Below, in pieces: positions 35,601 through 64,000 of a stretch of DNA of 64,000 nucleotides. Numbering within the stretch: position 1 is the first letter of the stretch; every line of letters starts with the position of its first letter. The DNA comes from Hormiphora californensis. Taxonomy: Eukaryota > Animalia > Ctenophora. The position numbers and the translations under genes are program-made. The stretch is taken from assembly GCA_020137815.1 (NCBI GenBank), contig CM035356.1, positions 3,968,001 to 4,032,000 on the forward strand, given 5' to 3'. The notes below the pieces were generated by a model. That model was not told the origin of the DNA. It did not search any database and saw only the letters and a list, made by a program, of their open reading frames with translations.

Positions 35601-38600
35601 CTATCAAGCTCCAGAGAGCGGTGATACCCAAACTGGTTAACCTAATCATTTTCGTGAAAGGGAAACTTTTATTTGTTATGTTTCCAAACCCCCTCCCCCA
35701 TTTTAGGTTCAGGAACAAGTAGAACTGTTGAGGTCGATGTGCAGTGTAGTAAGACCGGGAGTAGGGAGGCCTACCTTACATGCAACTTCGAGAACATCGA
35801 AAAACCAACTAAAATCTTGGTCAAGGTAATTCAATTTCGAGGTTTAACGATTGGCAATATTTTGTCCCGTGTGTAACTTTCTCGCGCCCGCTCAACCCTA
35901 TCACTCGTTTTTGCATCGATGACTTAGACCTTCGCGCGCGTCTTCACTCTGTTTCTATGGAGACCGTGGGAAAGTTATAGAGGATTTCAACTGCGATCGG
36001 ACTGTATGGCGGCGCCAGACCCCCATTTGATTTTCATCACGCTCAGATGGGGTCGCGGTGCCAGACAGGGATCGGAAAGCTATCCTGAGCGGCCCAGAAT
36101 CCACTTAGATTGTCGTAACAGGGGCCTTAATCAGTAACATCACCATTCTTCAAGTTCACCTAGTAAATTGAACTCTCATTTTCAGGCTAGTTTCCGCGGA
36201 CCTCGAGTGACAATTGATGCTGATTCAGAGGACCCTGTCCTAGATTTTGGGTTCATTCACTATACACCGGGCTGTACGATTCAGCGGCAATTTACTATCT
36301 TTAACGAAGATTGTGTGACAGCAAAGTGGAGTCTGTCCGAGATGGAACATTGTATCGATAAAGATTATGTAAGTGTGGATAAGATCAAGGGTTATGGAGT
36401 TTTTTCTCTCTACTACTACAATTTCGAATTCTATTTTGTGCTCGAATCGGGTCTGCCAGACAGGGAAGCCACCACTCCTAACACATGTTCCTTTGTCCAG
36501 GGCCAATCTGAGTTCACCTTCTCAGAGTCAAGTAGTGAGATAGGTCCGTACGAGGTTCGCAACCTTCACGTCTCATTCCGACCCCATGCTCCCCGATCAC
36601 TGCACAGTTTCATTGAGTGTCGTGTGGAGGACGGTACGGGTAGTAAAATTCGAGTTGCGGGTGAAATTCAAGAACCGAACGTGGTCCTCCAAAAGTCTAC
36701 TATTGATCTTGGAGTGGTGTATGTGGGGGTCCCTGTGAGGAATGTGATCACTTTTGAGAGCTTGAACTTTGCTGATTCAACCTTTACTGTTTGTTTGGTA
36801 AGTTGGAATCTCTCCCTCTCCTTCTATCTCTCTTCCCTTCTATCTCTCTTCCCTCCTATCTCCCTCCCCTTCAATCTCTCTCGCCTTGTTTCTCTCCCCG
36901 ATTCTATCTCTTTCTCTTGATCAGTTGATCTTAATTAATCTTAATTTCATAATTTCAGGCAGAAGGTAAAGATAGCAGTTTTGGACACATAGAATTCGAT
37001 TTTACAGAAGGAGTTGTCTACGCGGGTGCAACCCAAAAACTCCCCTTTAAATTTACCGGCCGGGAGCCAGCTCAAATCGAGGAGTTCATTGTTCCCTTTA
37101 AGATGTCCGGGGATAAGATTCTGGCACTAGCGGTTAAAGCTACTGTCCGTGGTCTGGAGATAATCCACGAGACTCCCTCTCACGATCAGATCTCCCCTGA
37201 TATCGGGATGGACGCCCCTAATCTTGATTTCGGAACCGTGGATATCTTCTCCCCCTGCACAAGGGTTTTAAAGATCACCAACCGATCACACATCGCGACA
37301 CACTTCCAGGTTGAGGTAGGCAAGTACACGGGAGCCCTGTGTGAGGTACCCTCAACTACGACAGGAATGCGGGCCATCTCTGAGCGATCGACAAGACTTG
37401 GAACACATCTGTTAACCAAGAGCACACTTCTTCTAGACCCAAATTCACGGTCCAAGAAGCGAGAGGAGGATGTGTACTGGAAGAATCAACTGAGTGGTAA
37501 CAATGGGATCTGTTTCCTGGTTACCCCTTCCTCCGGTTATCTCCCTGGTAACGGCGTTACCATAGTTACCATTCATTGCAACAGTGACATGTGGGGTTCC
37601 TACAGGGACACTCTTGTCTCAAAAGTGGGTGATTTGGAACCCGTCCAGATCCCCATCTCAGTAGATGTCCTTGGCTCACCTCTCATCTACAAACTTTCCA
37701 ACAACAGCCGACCAATAGTTCGGTTTGGTAGTTACCCTCTAAATGAGAAGCCCATCCCGCGGACAGTACAGATAAGCAACCAAGGGCCCATGGATATTAG
37801 GTTGGATTGGGAAGGCTACAATATAGAGTCACATGATGAGACTTTACTGGATTTGAACTTGTACATTGGAGAGGCCTTCCCTAGGGTTGATGGAGGTGAA
37901 ACGGGAGGGTTCGGTGAAGGTAGTGATCTAATCCGAGTTGGAGTTCGGGCCCACCAGGGTAACAAAGCGGAGGGTCCCTTCTCTTTCTCCCCCTCCCAGT
38001 GTAGAATCCCCGCTAGAGGCACGGCTAAAGTAACCCTGACATTCAACCCTGGTTACGGTTGCTCAGGTAACCAAGGTAACGGTGACTTCTCCTCCTTTGG
38101 ACTTGGTTACCAAAGTATTGACACTCACCGAGATACCCCCAACTGCACCCGACTCCAGGGGGAGAATATAGAGCCATTGAGGATCGACATGACTGGGAAA
38201 ATGGAGGTACCAGATGTTGTCGTGACTGCCGAGGAACACGGTTTCACTTTCAAACTGATGGCGGGAATTGTTAACTCTCATTCTGGGGAACACATCAAAA
38301 TCCACAAGATCTCAGTTTTGAATAGCAGCAAGTTGCACCTTGATTTTGAGATGAGTACAGAGCCACCCTTTACAATTGTATCAGAGGCGGTCAGGTACTC
38401 TCTGGTTCCTCGACAGAAAGTCAAGATTGATCATGGTTTTGTGTTGAGCAAAAAGCTGCTGAATCTACTACTGGGAGAACAGAGGGAGAACTACAAAATT
38501 GGTTTTAAAGATGGGGTCTACAGGTTAGCACTGAAATTGAAATGTTGTTGGCTATGCCTTCCCCTGAATTGAATTTGATTTCTCCAATATGTTTCAATTT

Positions 38601-39782
38601 GGCCCCCTTGTTGAGTTCTTCACCCCTTACTCAACAAATCCTAATCCCCTGTTTCCCAGTGTTTTATCTGAGGAGGCTGAGAAGGGGGGAGGTGGTGTGG
38701 AGGTGCAAGTAGAGGAGAAGATGATTGAAATGAGCCATTCCGTTAATCAGGATGAGAATAGTCAGGTAATTGGTGACACTAATCAGTTATGTTACTAAAT
38801 TATGTCCATGTCATCTACACTTGATAGTTTGGTGTTGCAGAGCAGTATTGGAGTCTTGTAAGCATGAAACTCCGCTTTCCTCAGCTAAACTAAATTAACT
38901 CAGCTGACCTCACCCCTTCCAACTCTGTCTGGCGGCGCCAGACCCCAATTTGATTCTTCGACAGTGCGCTCAGATGGGTCGCGGCGCCAGACAGTTCCAA
39001 CTGCAGGTACCCGAGAGACGATTCAACCTTCACTCATCCCTGGTCCTAAAATACACCAACGGGCACATCCAGACAGTCCCAGTGCACTGCCGGATCATCC
39101 TTCCCACCTTCTACCTCTCTGTGGAGAGCATGGTATTTGGAAGTTGTTTGGTCGGGCAGACTTCCCAACTTCCTGTCAGGATTGTTAACCCTAGTGCCTC
39201 TCCAATGCAGTGGACCGCACGGTATGGAGCCATGATTAATCAATGAATTATATCTAGATTATAACATCTCTCGATGTTGATAGTTTTAGAGAACTCAACC
39301 TTATCAAGCTGATTGTTATTTCATTTAGCCTCCCCAATCCCATCTTACTCAACAACTCCTAGCTATCCCAATTACTCAGCAATTCTCCTCTCTACATTGT
39401 TACTCAACAATCTCTATAGGTTTGAGGGGGAGAATTCAGACGGTACCTTTGCCTTGGAACCCTCTCGAGGATCCTTCCATGCTGCTGACAGTACCCTTCT
39501 TTCTCTCTCCTTCACTGCCAATACCTCCCGAATATCTACCGGGAAATTCATCTTCACCGGTATGATATAGCATGACCTATTTGCAATTAATTGTTGGTTA
39601 ATTGTCTATTAATTGATGGTTAAATGCTCCGAGACCCCATCTGATGTAAAAGAAAATGGAAGTTTGTATTGTCGTATTGATATAACACTAAAATTCACTC
39701 AGGGTCCCCTGGGGGAAGAACCGTTGAGTTGAGAGTTGAGGGAATAGGAACCCACGATGAAGTTCTTCAGAGGATTCTCTAG
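23367..39782 (+). CDS. DLEC1: DLEC1/CFAP81 cilia- and flagella-associated protein, about 20 exons
   Basis: N-terminal exons 23367-23456, 23549-23689 and 23834-23966 give PSSPRNQ/DVSYVLSNAFGELFSSDVL...LRLVEDHM. Repeated ASH/Hydin-like Ig domains follow (GAIAPGLAVEYTVTFLPDTLG, LDFGTV, CNSDMWGSYRDTL, PIVRFG), and the C-terminus reads LRVEGIGTHDE...* (39703-39782). Confidence 0.88.
25679..28923 (-). CDS. LINE ORF2 (hydrophobic leader, APE, RT), split by frameshifts near 28320 and 26975
   Basis: Three consecutive ORF segments (28318-28923, 26952-28187, 25679-26830) together cover the full APE-RT architecture. Confidence 0.88.
29547..30272 (-). CDS. LINE ORF1 protein (coiled coil plus RRM-like region)
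   Basis: Heptad region EIREENAALKSTVAELQKSNAALETRL, followed by ESYSGRSTTILTGIKE...VHR...PRSVTVVF, typical of LINE ORF1. Confidence 0.8.
   Translation of the reverse strand: MVTATRTRTDTSAFLALDQTKVIAESKKLAAKHGDIASVFNVLYFAIAEIREENAALKSTVAELQKSNAALETRLESMGPLVSTGQTSDPSLEDRLLKSESYSGRSTTILTGIKEDPSEDITEVVTKHVREIIPDFTSSRISTVHRNKLKDPAKPRSVTVVFSHIRDKDIVSDYRRQGPLRKKRIGAYHYTPPAVLERKRQLEECEGVSKVYFDGPVKMFSVKMSDDTFKRRITNVSQLNE
31155..32813. mobile_element. 1.66-kb insertion with ~155-bp internal tandem repeats and a terminal hairpin, flanked by a 19-bp direct repeat
   Basis: aattcaacaatactaaata occurs at 31136-31154 and 32814-32832. About 4 tandem units span 31730-32330, and ~82-bp inverted arms lie at about 32406-32488 and 32733-32817. 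Confidence 0.75.
35192..35300. mobile_element. 109-bp TIR-bounded short repeat
   Basis: Termini are caggaaccgaccgaa / ttcggtcgtttcctg, with internal CCAAT and CACGTG motifs. From recall it resembles a very abundant Pleurobrachia repeat (unverified). Confidence 0.7.
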
Positions 39783-40292
39783 ACTGTTCTACAGAGGATT
39801 CTCTAGACTGTTCGATCTAGATGATACTGTTCTACAGAGGATTCTATAGACTATTTGCTGGAAACTGGACAGTCCAGTGGACTAGAAAGGACTGTGTGTT
39901 TGAAATCTTAAAATAGTGACAATGTTAGCGGCACCTAGTGATACGATGAGTCTGTTTTTATGTCTTCTTTCTGTAAAATATATGTGAATAGGATTATAGT
40001 TTCAAAATATAGGTGTTTATTGTTTTGTTCAGCCCCTTTTTATGTTTCGGGGTGCAGTGGAACAGGGTCGAGCAAGGCAATATCTGGCGATATCACTGAT
40101 ATTATCAGCTTTACTTTTATGCTAAAACTTAAAAACAGCTTATTTCACAAGGGTGAAAATATCGAAACCAAACTTATAAGGTAATTTATTTTCAATAATT
40201 CTATTAAGTCCACACCTCATTCATCATGACATAATGCTAATTGCTAAAGTCCTTTTCTTTCTCTTACCATCCTTCACATATCTCCTTTTTGA

Positions 40293-41335
40293 TTAAGCAG
40301 AGCACGCACCGGCACATTGGTTGTTTCGGTACTGGGTGCAATCATCGTGAGTGGAACAGGTCACCTTGGTGTTCTTCGCCTCATTACCCTCTAGATAACA
40401 CCACTCAGCACATTTTCCACAACACCCTGGAAGGGAGGGAGGTTGTTGAGAGAGAGAGAGGAAGGAGGGAGGTTGTTGAGAGAGAGGGGGAGGGGTGACA
40501 TACATCTACACATCTCTTGGGACAAATGTTCTGTCTGGCGCTCAGATCGGGTCGGCGCCGCCAGACAGCGGGGATGGAAGCTAGGTTGGTTGAGAAACAG
40601 TGATATGACCATAAATGGGCATCACGTGATATGACCATAAATGGGCATCACGTGACATGACCGTATATGGTAGTGGGGGACTCACCATCGGGCATGTAGT
40701 CAGTGAGTTTGCACCATCCCTGACATCCTGAGGCGCAGTATCCCTTGTGACATCCGTAGGAACATCCCATGTACCTGATAGGAAGGGGGTATGAGAGAGA
40801 GGGGATCCCGAATCGATCAGTGTGGGGCAATTCAAAAAAAGCATGTAACGATTTTTGATTAGACCCATTCTATTGGAGCATATCAGGCCCTAGCATATCA
40901 TAATCAGCTAAATGACGACTTCAGAGTCTGAAGTTCAGACCTATAGCTTATGCCTTATGATTTGATTCTACCTTAGCTGTCTTGTTACTCAACAATAGCT
41001 GTCAGTACTATTTACTTACCTAGGAGAGTAGTTAGCTCCTGCGTTCCTCTTGCAGACATCGTTGGTAACGTTACACAGCCAACCATCCTCATCGTACATG
41101 CACCGCGAATCTGGTAGTTAGGGGTGTTGTTAGGGTTTTGTTAGGGGTGTTGTTAGGGGTGTTGATAGGGGTGTTGTTAGGGGTGTGTTGATAGGGGTGT
41201 TGTTAGGGGTGTTGTTAGGTGGGGCGGGTCTTTATCAACGATGCACTACGAATCTGGTAGTTTGGGGAAGAACCGGATATAACAGTACTTACAAGCGAGA
41301 GGAAGGAGAGCGAGGGTTAGGAGAAACAACTTCAT
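40293..41335 (-). CDS. Small secreted cysteine-rich protein (118 aa, 16 Cys)
   Basis: Exons 41335-41293, 41110-41020, 40774-40686 and 40426-40293 have GT-AG borders and matching phases, total 357 nt. Protein: MKLFLLTLALLPLA YSRCMYDEDGWLCNVTNDVCKRNAGANYSPR YMGCSYGCHKGYCASGCQGWCKLTDYMPDG CCGKCAEWCYLEGNEAKNTKVTCSTHDDCTQYRNNQCAGACSA*. Confidence 0.88.
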
Positions 41336-41720
41336 TTTTATTTAGAAATTTCCTTGACTGATCCAGATGTCTCTTTTATTGTGGTACTGAAAATAAACTA
41401 GTTATGGTTAATGGAATTAGAATGGGCCGAGAATCTAGCTCTATTTTAAATTAATTAACACATCAAATTCAATTGTCGTTTCAAAAGTACAACTGAATCG
41501 AATTTTCCTCGATTTGGCCCCTAACCTACTATTTCACGAGCTGTTCTTGATCCATATAGCCATCAAACTTCGCAGGTTGATTTTACTACAGTCGGGATCA
41601 ACATAGAGTCAGAGATGTTTGGAAATTCCTCTTCTTTCCACTCCCAGAAACAAAACGCCAAACTCAATGTCATTATATTGTTCAGCTAAACAGGAAGTAA
41701 GTTGGTTATAAAGAAAAGTT

Positions 41721-42558
41721 GGGGGGGGGGGCCGGCTGAAGTTTTTGAAGTCGACTTCAAAAACTTCAAAGAGAAACTTAGGGTGGAAAACTTCAAAAAC
41801 TTCAAAAACTTCAAAAACTCATATCTCCTAAACCGTTGAAGATAGGCCCTATGTTGCTTCATAACTCTTATATAAACTTGCATATTCCGAACAAGATGCA
41901 CCCCTTTAAAAAGCCCATAGTCACTCATAAACCATTAAAACTGGGTCTAGCCCAAAAAAAGTCATGCGCACACACAAAATTATGAAAATATCCCATAATC
42001 CCTCGAATTAGATGAGGTGGAGACTTCATTTTGGCACGTACCCCCACTAACTCGAGGCCGCTGATGATTTTGGTGTCCATATTTTTTTCACTACTCCCTT
42101 CATAAAAAAATTTGCATTTTGTGAAACTGGCAAAAAGGGTGTGGCCCCACAAAATCTTTTGAAAATTTACTTGATAATTTTTAAACACTTTCTTTGCATT
42201 TTCTAGGTAATTTTTTGAGTTATAGAATGAAAATGAAATCTGTTTTTACAAAAAACTTGAATTTTTTACACCAAATTGTGCCATGGATTTCATGGCTAGG
42301 AATCATTGTAAATATCCTAATTTGTGGTAGAAAAAGGGCAGACAAGGACGGATAACTTTGCCACAATATGTATTAAGCATGAAACTAACCTAAACAAGTG
42401 TAATAATTGTCACTGATAGCATATAAAAGTAGTTTAGAGTTTTTGAAGTTTTTGAAGTTTTTGAAGTCAACTTCAAAAACTTCAAAAACTCAAAAAATAG
42501 GGTGGAAAACTTCAAACTTCAAAAACTTCAGCCGCCCCCCCCCCCCCCCCCCCCCCCC
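41721..42558. mobile_element. Non-autonomous DNA transposon with poly-G/poly-C termini and (aaaacttca)n subterminal repeats
   Basis: An 8-bp TSD gaaaagtt lies at 41713-41720 and 42559-42566. TIRs are G-run+cggctgaagtttttgaag / cttcaaaaacttcagccg+C-run. Confidence 0.85.
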
Positions 42559-43179
42559 GAAAAGTTTAGTGGGAGTTTATAATTCAGTTAAGCTACAATC
42601 ATTTATTATTAATTTACAAACTTGAAAGATAAAACAAAAGACTTTCACAGAATTATGAATGCTTCATCACCACATTGTGATCACTCTATCTATACAAAAT
42701 CACCTTTCAGAGCTTAGTAACTACAATTCGAACTTTCAAATATTTACAGTTTACCCAATACTTCCGGAACTGTCTGGCAGCGCCGACCCGTTCTGAGCGC
42801 ACTGTTTTGATAATCAAAACGGGGTCTGGGCCGGGGCCGTGATACTGTTTCATTAAGCTCTCGACTCTCCTTACGAATTAAATTATGGTTCCAGTGATTC
42901 CACTTGGCGAGAAAAATATATACATGTATCAGTATCACTAAACGTGTGTGTATGACATGCCTGTATGATCTATAAAAATATTATGGCTATCAAAATATAA
43001 AGTTGTGCTTGGTTCAAAACAACCAAACCAGGCCATGGTTCAGTACAGTTATGTTTAGGCCTACTAAGTAAAATTAAATGATATATTAAAGTTTATTGAA
43101 ATTGAATGAAGGCATCATCTCGCCTGCAGAACAGCTCCATCTCTCTAACTCCCTACTATCATATAGCATGACAGTAACA

Positions 43180-60745
<17,566 letters not shown>

Positions 60746-61455
60746 CTGGAGGTGATACAACGTTATACCCTAAATTATGATAATCTGATCAATGCACTGG
60801 CAAGCGCCCCGAGCCCCGAGGCCCATTCGAACACGTTCTCACCCCGTCCCCCTATTTCTTAGTAGTCGAGCCTAGATGTATTGAGAGTTATACAGGGTGT
60901 GAACTGCATGTCGTGTTTGCTAGTCGCGAGCGCGCTTGCGAGACAAGCAAACACGTCAAGGTTCATTAACAAGCATGCTGCTCAGTCATTTTAGATTTAA
61001 TACACAATGTAAGGATACCATGTAATAGGTGAGACTCTTGCCGTCACCCTCGTTCAAGTCCCGTGAAAAACGGAGCAGTACACGCAAACTGATGCCCATT
61101 TTCCTCGCGTGACCCCGATTCAGCAGTTTGAGACACCAACTCTTTAGGGGGCCATATCTCAGGAACCAGACAAGATAGGAAAAATCGCCGTCTAACGAGG
61201 CGTACAGTTTTTAATCTAGTTTACCACTGTACCGGCCGTTTCACTCTCCGACCTAAAACAAAAATCGCAACCCCACAAAACTTCAAAATAATGAAATTCG
61301 CATCTCGCATGTCGTGTTGCATGTCGTGTTGCATGTCGTGTCATGTTATTGACGCGCTCGCGTTCAACTCTCACACAGCAGCTGCAGAACATGGCGGGAA
61401 ACATCGAGGAGTAGAGAGAGGGTCGGTGCCGAATAAAATATTTCTTGATCTTGAT

Positions 61456-64000
61456 CTACTCCATCTCTCAGCTATCCTACCCCTCATCAACTCGATCTCT
61501 CAGCTACCCTACCCCTCATCTACTCCATCTTTCAGCTACCCTACCCCTCATCTACTCCATCTTTCAGCTACCCTACCCCTTATCTAGTCCATCTCTCAGC
61601 TACCCTACTCCTCATCTACTCCATCTCTCAGCTTCCCTATTAGGGAAGCATAGAGATGGAAACGATTAGGGGTAGGGAATCCCTATCCATAATCGTTTCC
61701 ATCTCTATGCTTCCCTAGCCCTCATCAACTCCATCTTTCAGCTACCCTACCCCTAATCTAGTCCATCTCTCCGCTACCCTACTCCTCATCTACTTCATCT
61801 CTCAGCTACCCTACCTCCCATTTACTCCATCTCTCAGCTACCCTACCTCCCATTTACTCCATCTCTCAGCTTCCCTACCTCCCATTTACTCCATCTCTCG
61901 GCTTCCCTACCTCCCATTTACTCCATCTCTCAGCTTACCTACCTGCCATTTACTCCATCTCTCAGATACCCTACCTCCCATTTACTCCATCTCTCAGCTT
62001 ACCTACCTTCCATTTACTCCATCTCTCAGCTTCCCTACCTCCCATTTACTCCATCCCTCAGCTAGCCTACCTCCCATTTGATCCATCTCTCAGCTTCCCT
62101 ACCTCCCATTTACTCCATTTCTCAGCTTCCCTACCTCTCATTTACTTACTCCATCTCTCAGCTACCCTACCTCCCATTTACTCCATCTCTCAGCTTCCCT
62201 ACCTCCCATTTACTCCATCTCTCAGCTACCCTACCTGCCATTTACTCCATCTCTCAGCTTCCCTACCTCCCATTTACTCCATTTCTCAGCTTCCCTACCT
62301 CTCATTTAGTACTCCATCTCTCAGCTACCCTACCTCCCATTTACTCCATCTCTCAGCTTCCCTACCTCCCATTTACTCCATCTCTCAGCTACCCTACCTC
62401 CCATTTACTCCATCTCTCAGCTTACCTACCTCCCATTTACTCCATCTCTCAGCTTCCCTACCTCCCATTTACTCCATCCCTCAGCTTCCCTACCTCCCAT
62501 TTACTCTATCTCTCAGCTACCCTACCACCCATTTACTCCATCTCTCAGCTTTCCTACCTCCCATTTACTCCATCTCTCATCTTCCCTACCTCCCATTTAC
62601 TCCATCTCTCAGCTACCCTACCACCCATTTACTCCATCTCTCAGCTTCCCTACCTCCCATTTACTCCATCTCTCAGCTTCCCTACCTCCCATTTACTGGG
62701 AGGTAGGGAAGGTAAGCTGGAGATGGAGTAAATGGGAGGTAGGGAAGCTGAGAGATGGAGTAAATGGGTGGTAGGGTAGCTGAGAGATGGAGTGAATGGG
62801 AGGTAGGGTAGCTGAGAGATGGAGTAAATGGGAGGCAGGGATGGAGTAAATGGGAGGTAGGGAAGCTGAGGGATGGAGTAAATGGGAGGTAGGGAAGCTG
62901 AGAGATGGAGTAAATGGGAGGTAGGGTAGCTGATAGATGGAGTGAATGGGAGGTTGGGTAGCTGAGAGATGGAGTAAATGGGAGGTAGGGAAGCTGAGAG
63001 ATGGAGTAAATGGGAGGTAGGGAAGCTGAGAGATGGAGTAAATGGGAGGTAGGGAAGCTGAGAGATGGAGTAAATGGGAGGTAGGGTATCTGAAAGATGG
63101 AGTAAATGGCAGGTAGGGAAGCTGAGATATGGAGTAAATGGGAGGTAGGTAAGCTGAGAGATGGAGTAAATGGGAGGTAGGGAAGCTGAGAGATGGAGTA
63201 AATGGGAGGTATGGAAGCTGAGAGATGGAGTAAATGGGAGGTTGGGTAGCTGAGAGATGGAGTAAATGGGAGGTAGGGAAGCTGAGAGATGGAGTAAATG
63301 GGAGGTAGGGAAGCTGAGAGATGGAGTAAATGGGAGGTAGGGAAGCTGAGAGATGGAGTAAATGGGAGGTAGGGTATCTGAAAGATGGAGTAAATGGCAG
63401 GTAGGGAAGCTGAGATATGGAGTAAATGGGAGGTAGGTAAGCTGAGAGATGGAGTAAATGGGAGGTAGGGAAGCTGAGAGATGGAGTAAATGGGAGGTAT
63501 GGAAGCTGAGAGATGGAGTAAATGGGAGGTAGGGTAGCTGATAGATGGAGTGAATGGGAGGTTGGGTAGCTGAGAGATGGAGTAAATGGGAGGTAGGGAA
63601 GCTGAGAGATGGAGTAAATGGGAGGTAGGGAAGCTGAGAGATGGAGTAAATGGGAGGTAGGTAAGCTGAGAGATGGAGTAAATAGGAGGTAGGGTATCTG
63701 AAAGATGGAGTAAATGGCAGGTAGGGAAGCTGAGATATGGAGTAAATGGGAGGTAGGTAAGCTGAGAGATGGAGTAAATGGAAGGTAGGGAAGCTGAGAG
63801 ATGGAGTAAATGGGAGGTAGGGTAGCTGAGAGATGGAGTAAATGGGAGGTAGGGTAGCTGAGAGATGGAGTAGATGAGGAGTAGGGTAGCGGAGAGATGG
63901 ACTAGATTAGGGGTAGGGTAGCTGAAAGATGGAGTTGATGAGGGCTAGGGAAGCATAGAGATGGAAACGATTATGGATAGGGATTCCCTACCCCTAATCG
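61456..64000. repeat. 28-bp minisatellite foldback, centre about 62698, truncated by the window end
   Basis: (tactccatctctcagcttccctacctcccatt)-type units switch strand at about 62698. A unique hairpin at 61641-61717 is mirrored at 63945-64000. Confidence 0.92.

Overview
Intron-rich, repeat-rich animal genomic DNA, most likely a pleurobrachiid ctenophore. This rests on the compact multi-exon genes, nested intronic genes and a short repeat at 35192-35300 that I recall from Pleurobrachia sequence; it is not verified. Host genes read by hand from spliced exons are the 5' part of SMC6 (-), YIF1 (+), V-ATPase subunit G (-), DLEC1/CFAP81 (+), a 118-aa secreted 16-Cys protein (-) and most of SOS (-). 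Three further genes sit inside SOS introns: a same-strand cyclic-nucleotide-binding protein, an antisense SVOP-like MFS transporter and an antisense 80-aa acidic secreted peptide. Mobile DNA includes a CRE-clade retroelement remnant, a near-complete and a truncated CR1/L2-group LINE, many MITE/foldback elements and two large foldbacks built on one ~28-bp minisatellite. The most notable signals are: (1) tandem duplication of the splice junctions themselves in about a dozen introns, creating decoy acceptors and donors and apparently seeding intronic minisatellites; (2) a decayed R-SMAD MH2 exon, with its splice sites and intron, inside an ~8-kb TIR-bounded element (possible gene capture); (3) two small secreted-protein genes that the ORF track misses; and (4) a hydrophobic leader ending in a 2A-like NPGP motif in front of the LINE endonuclease.
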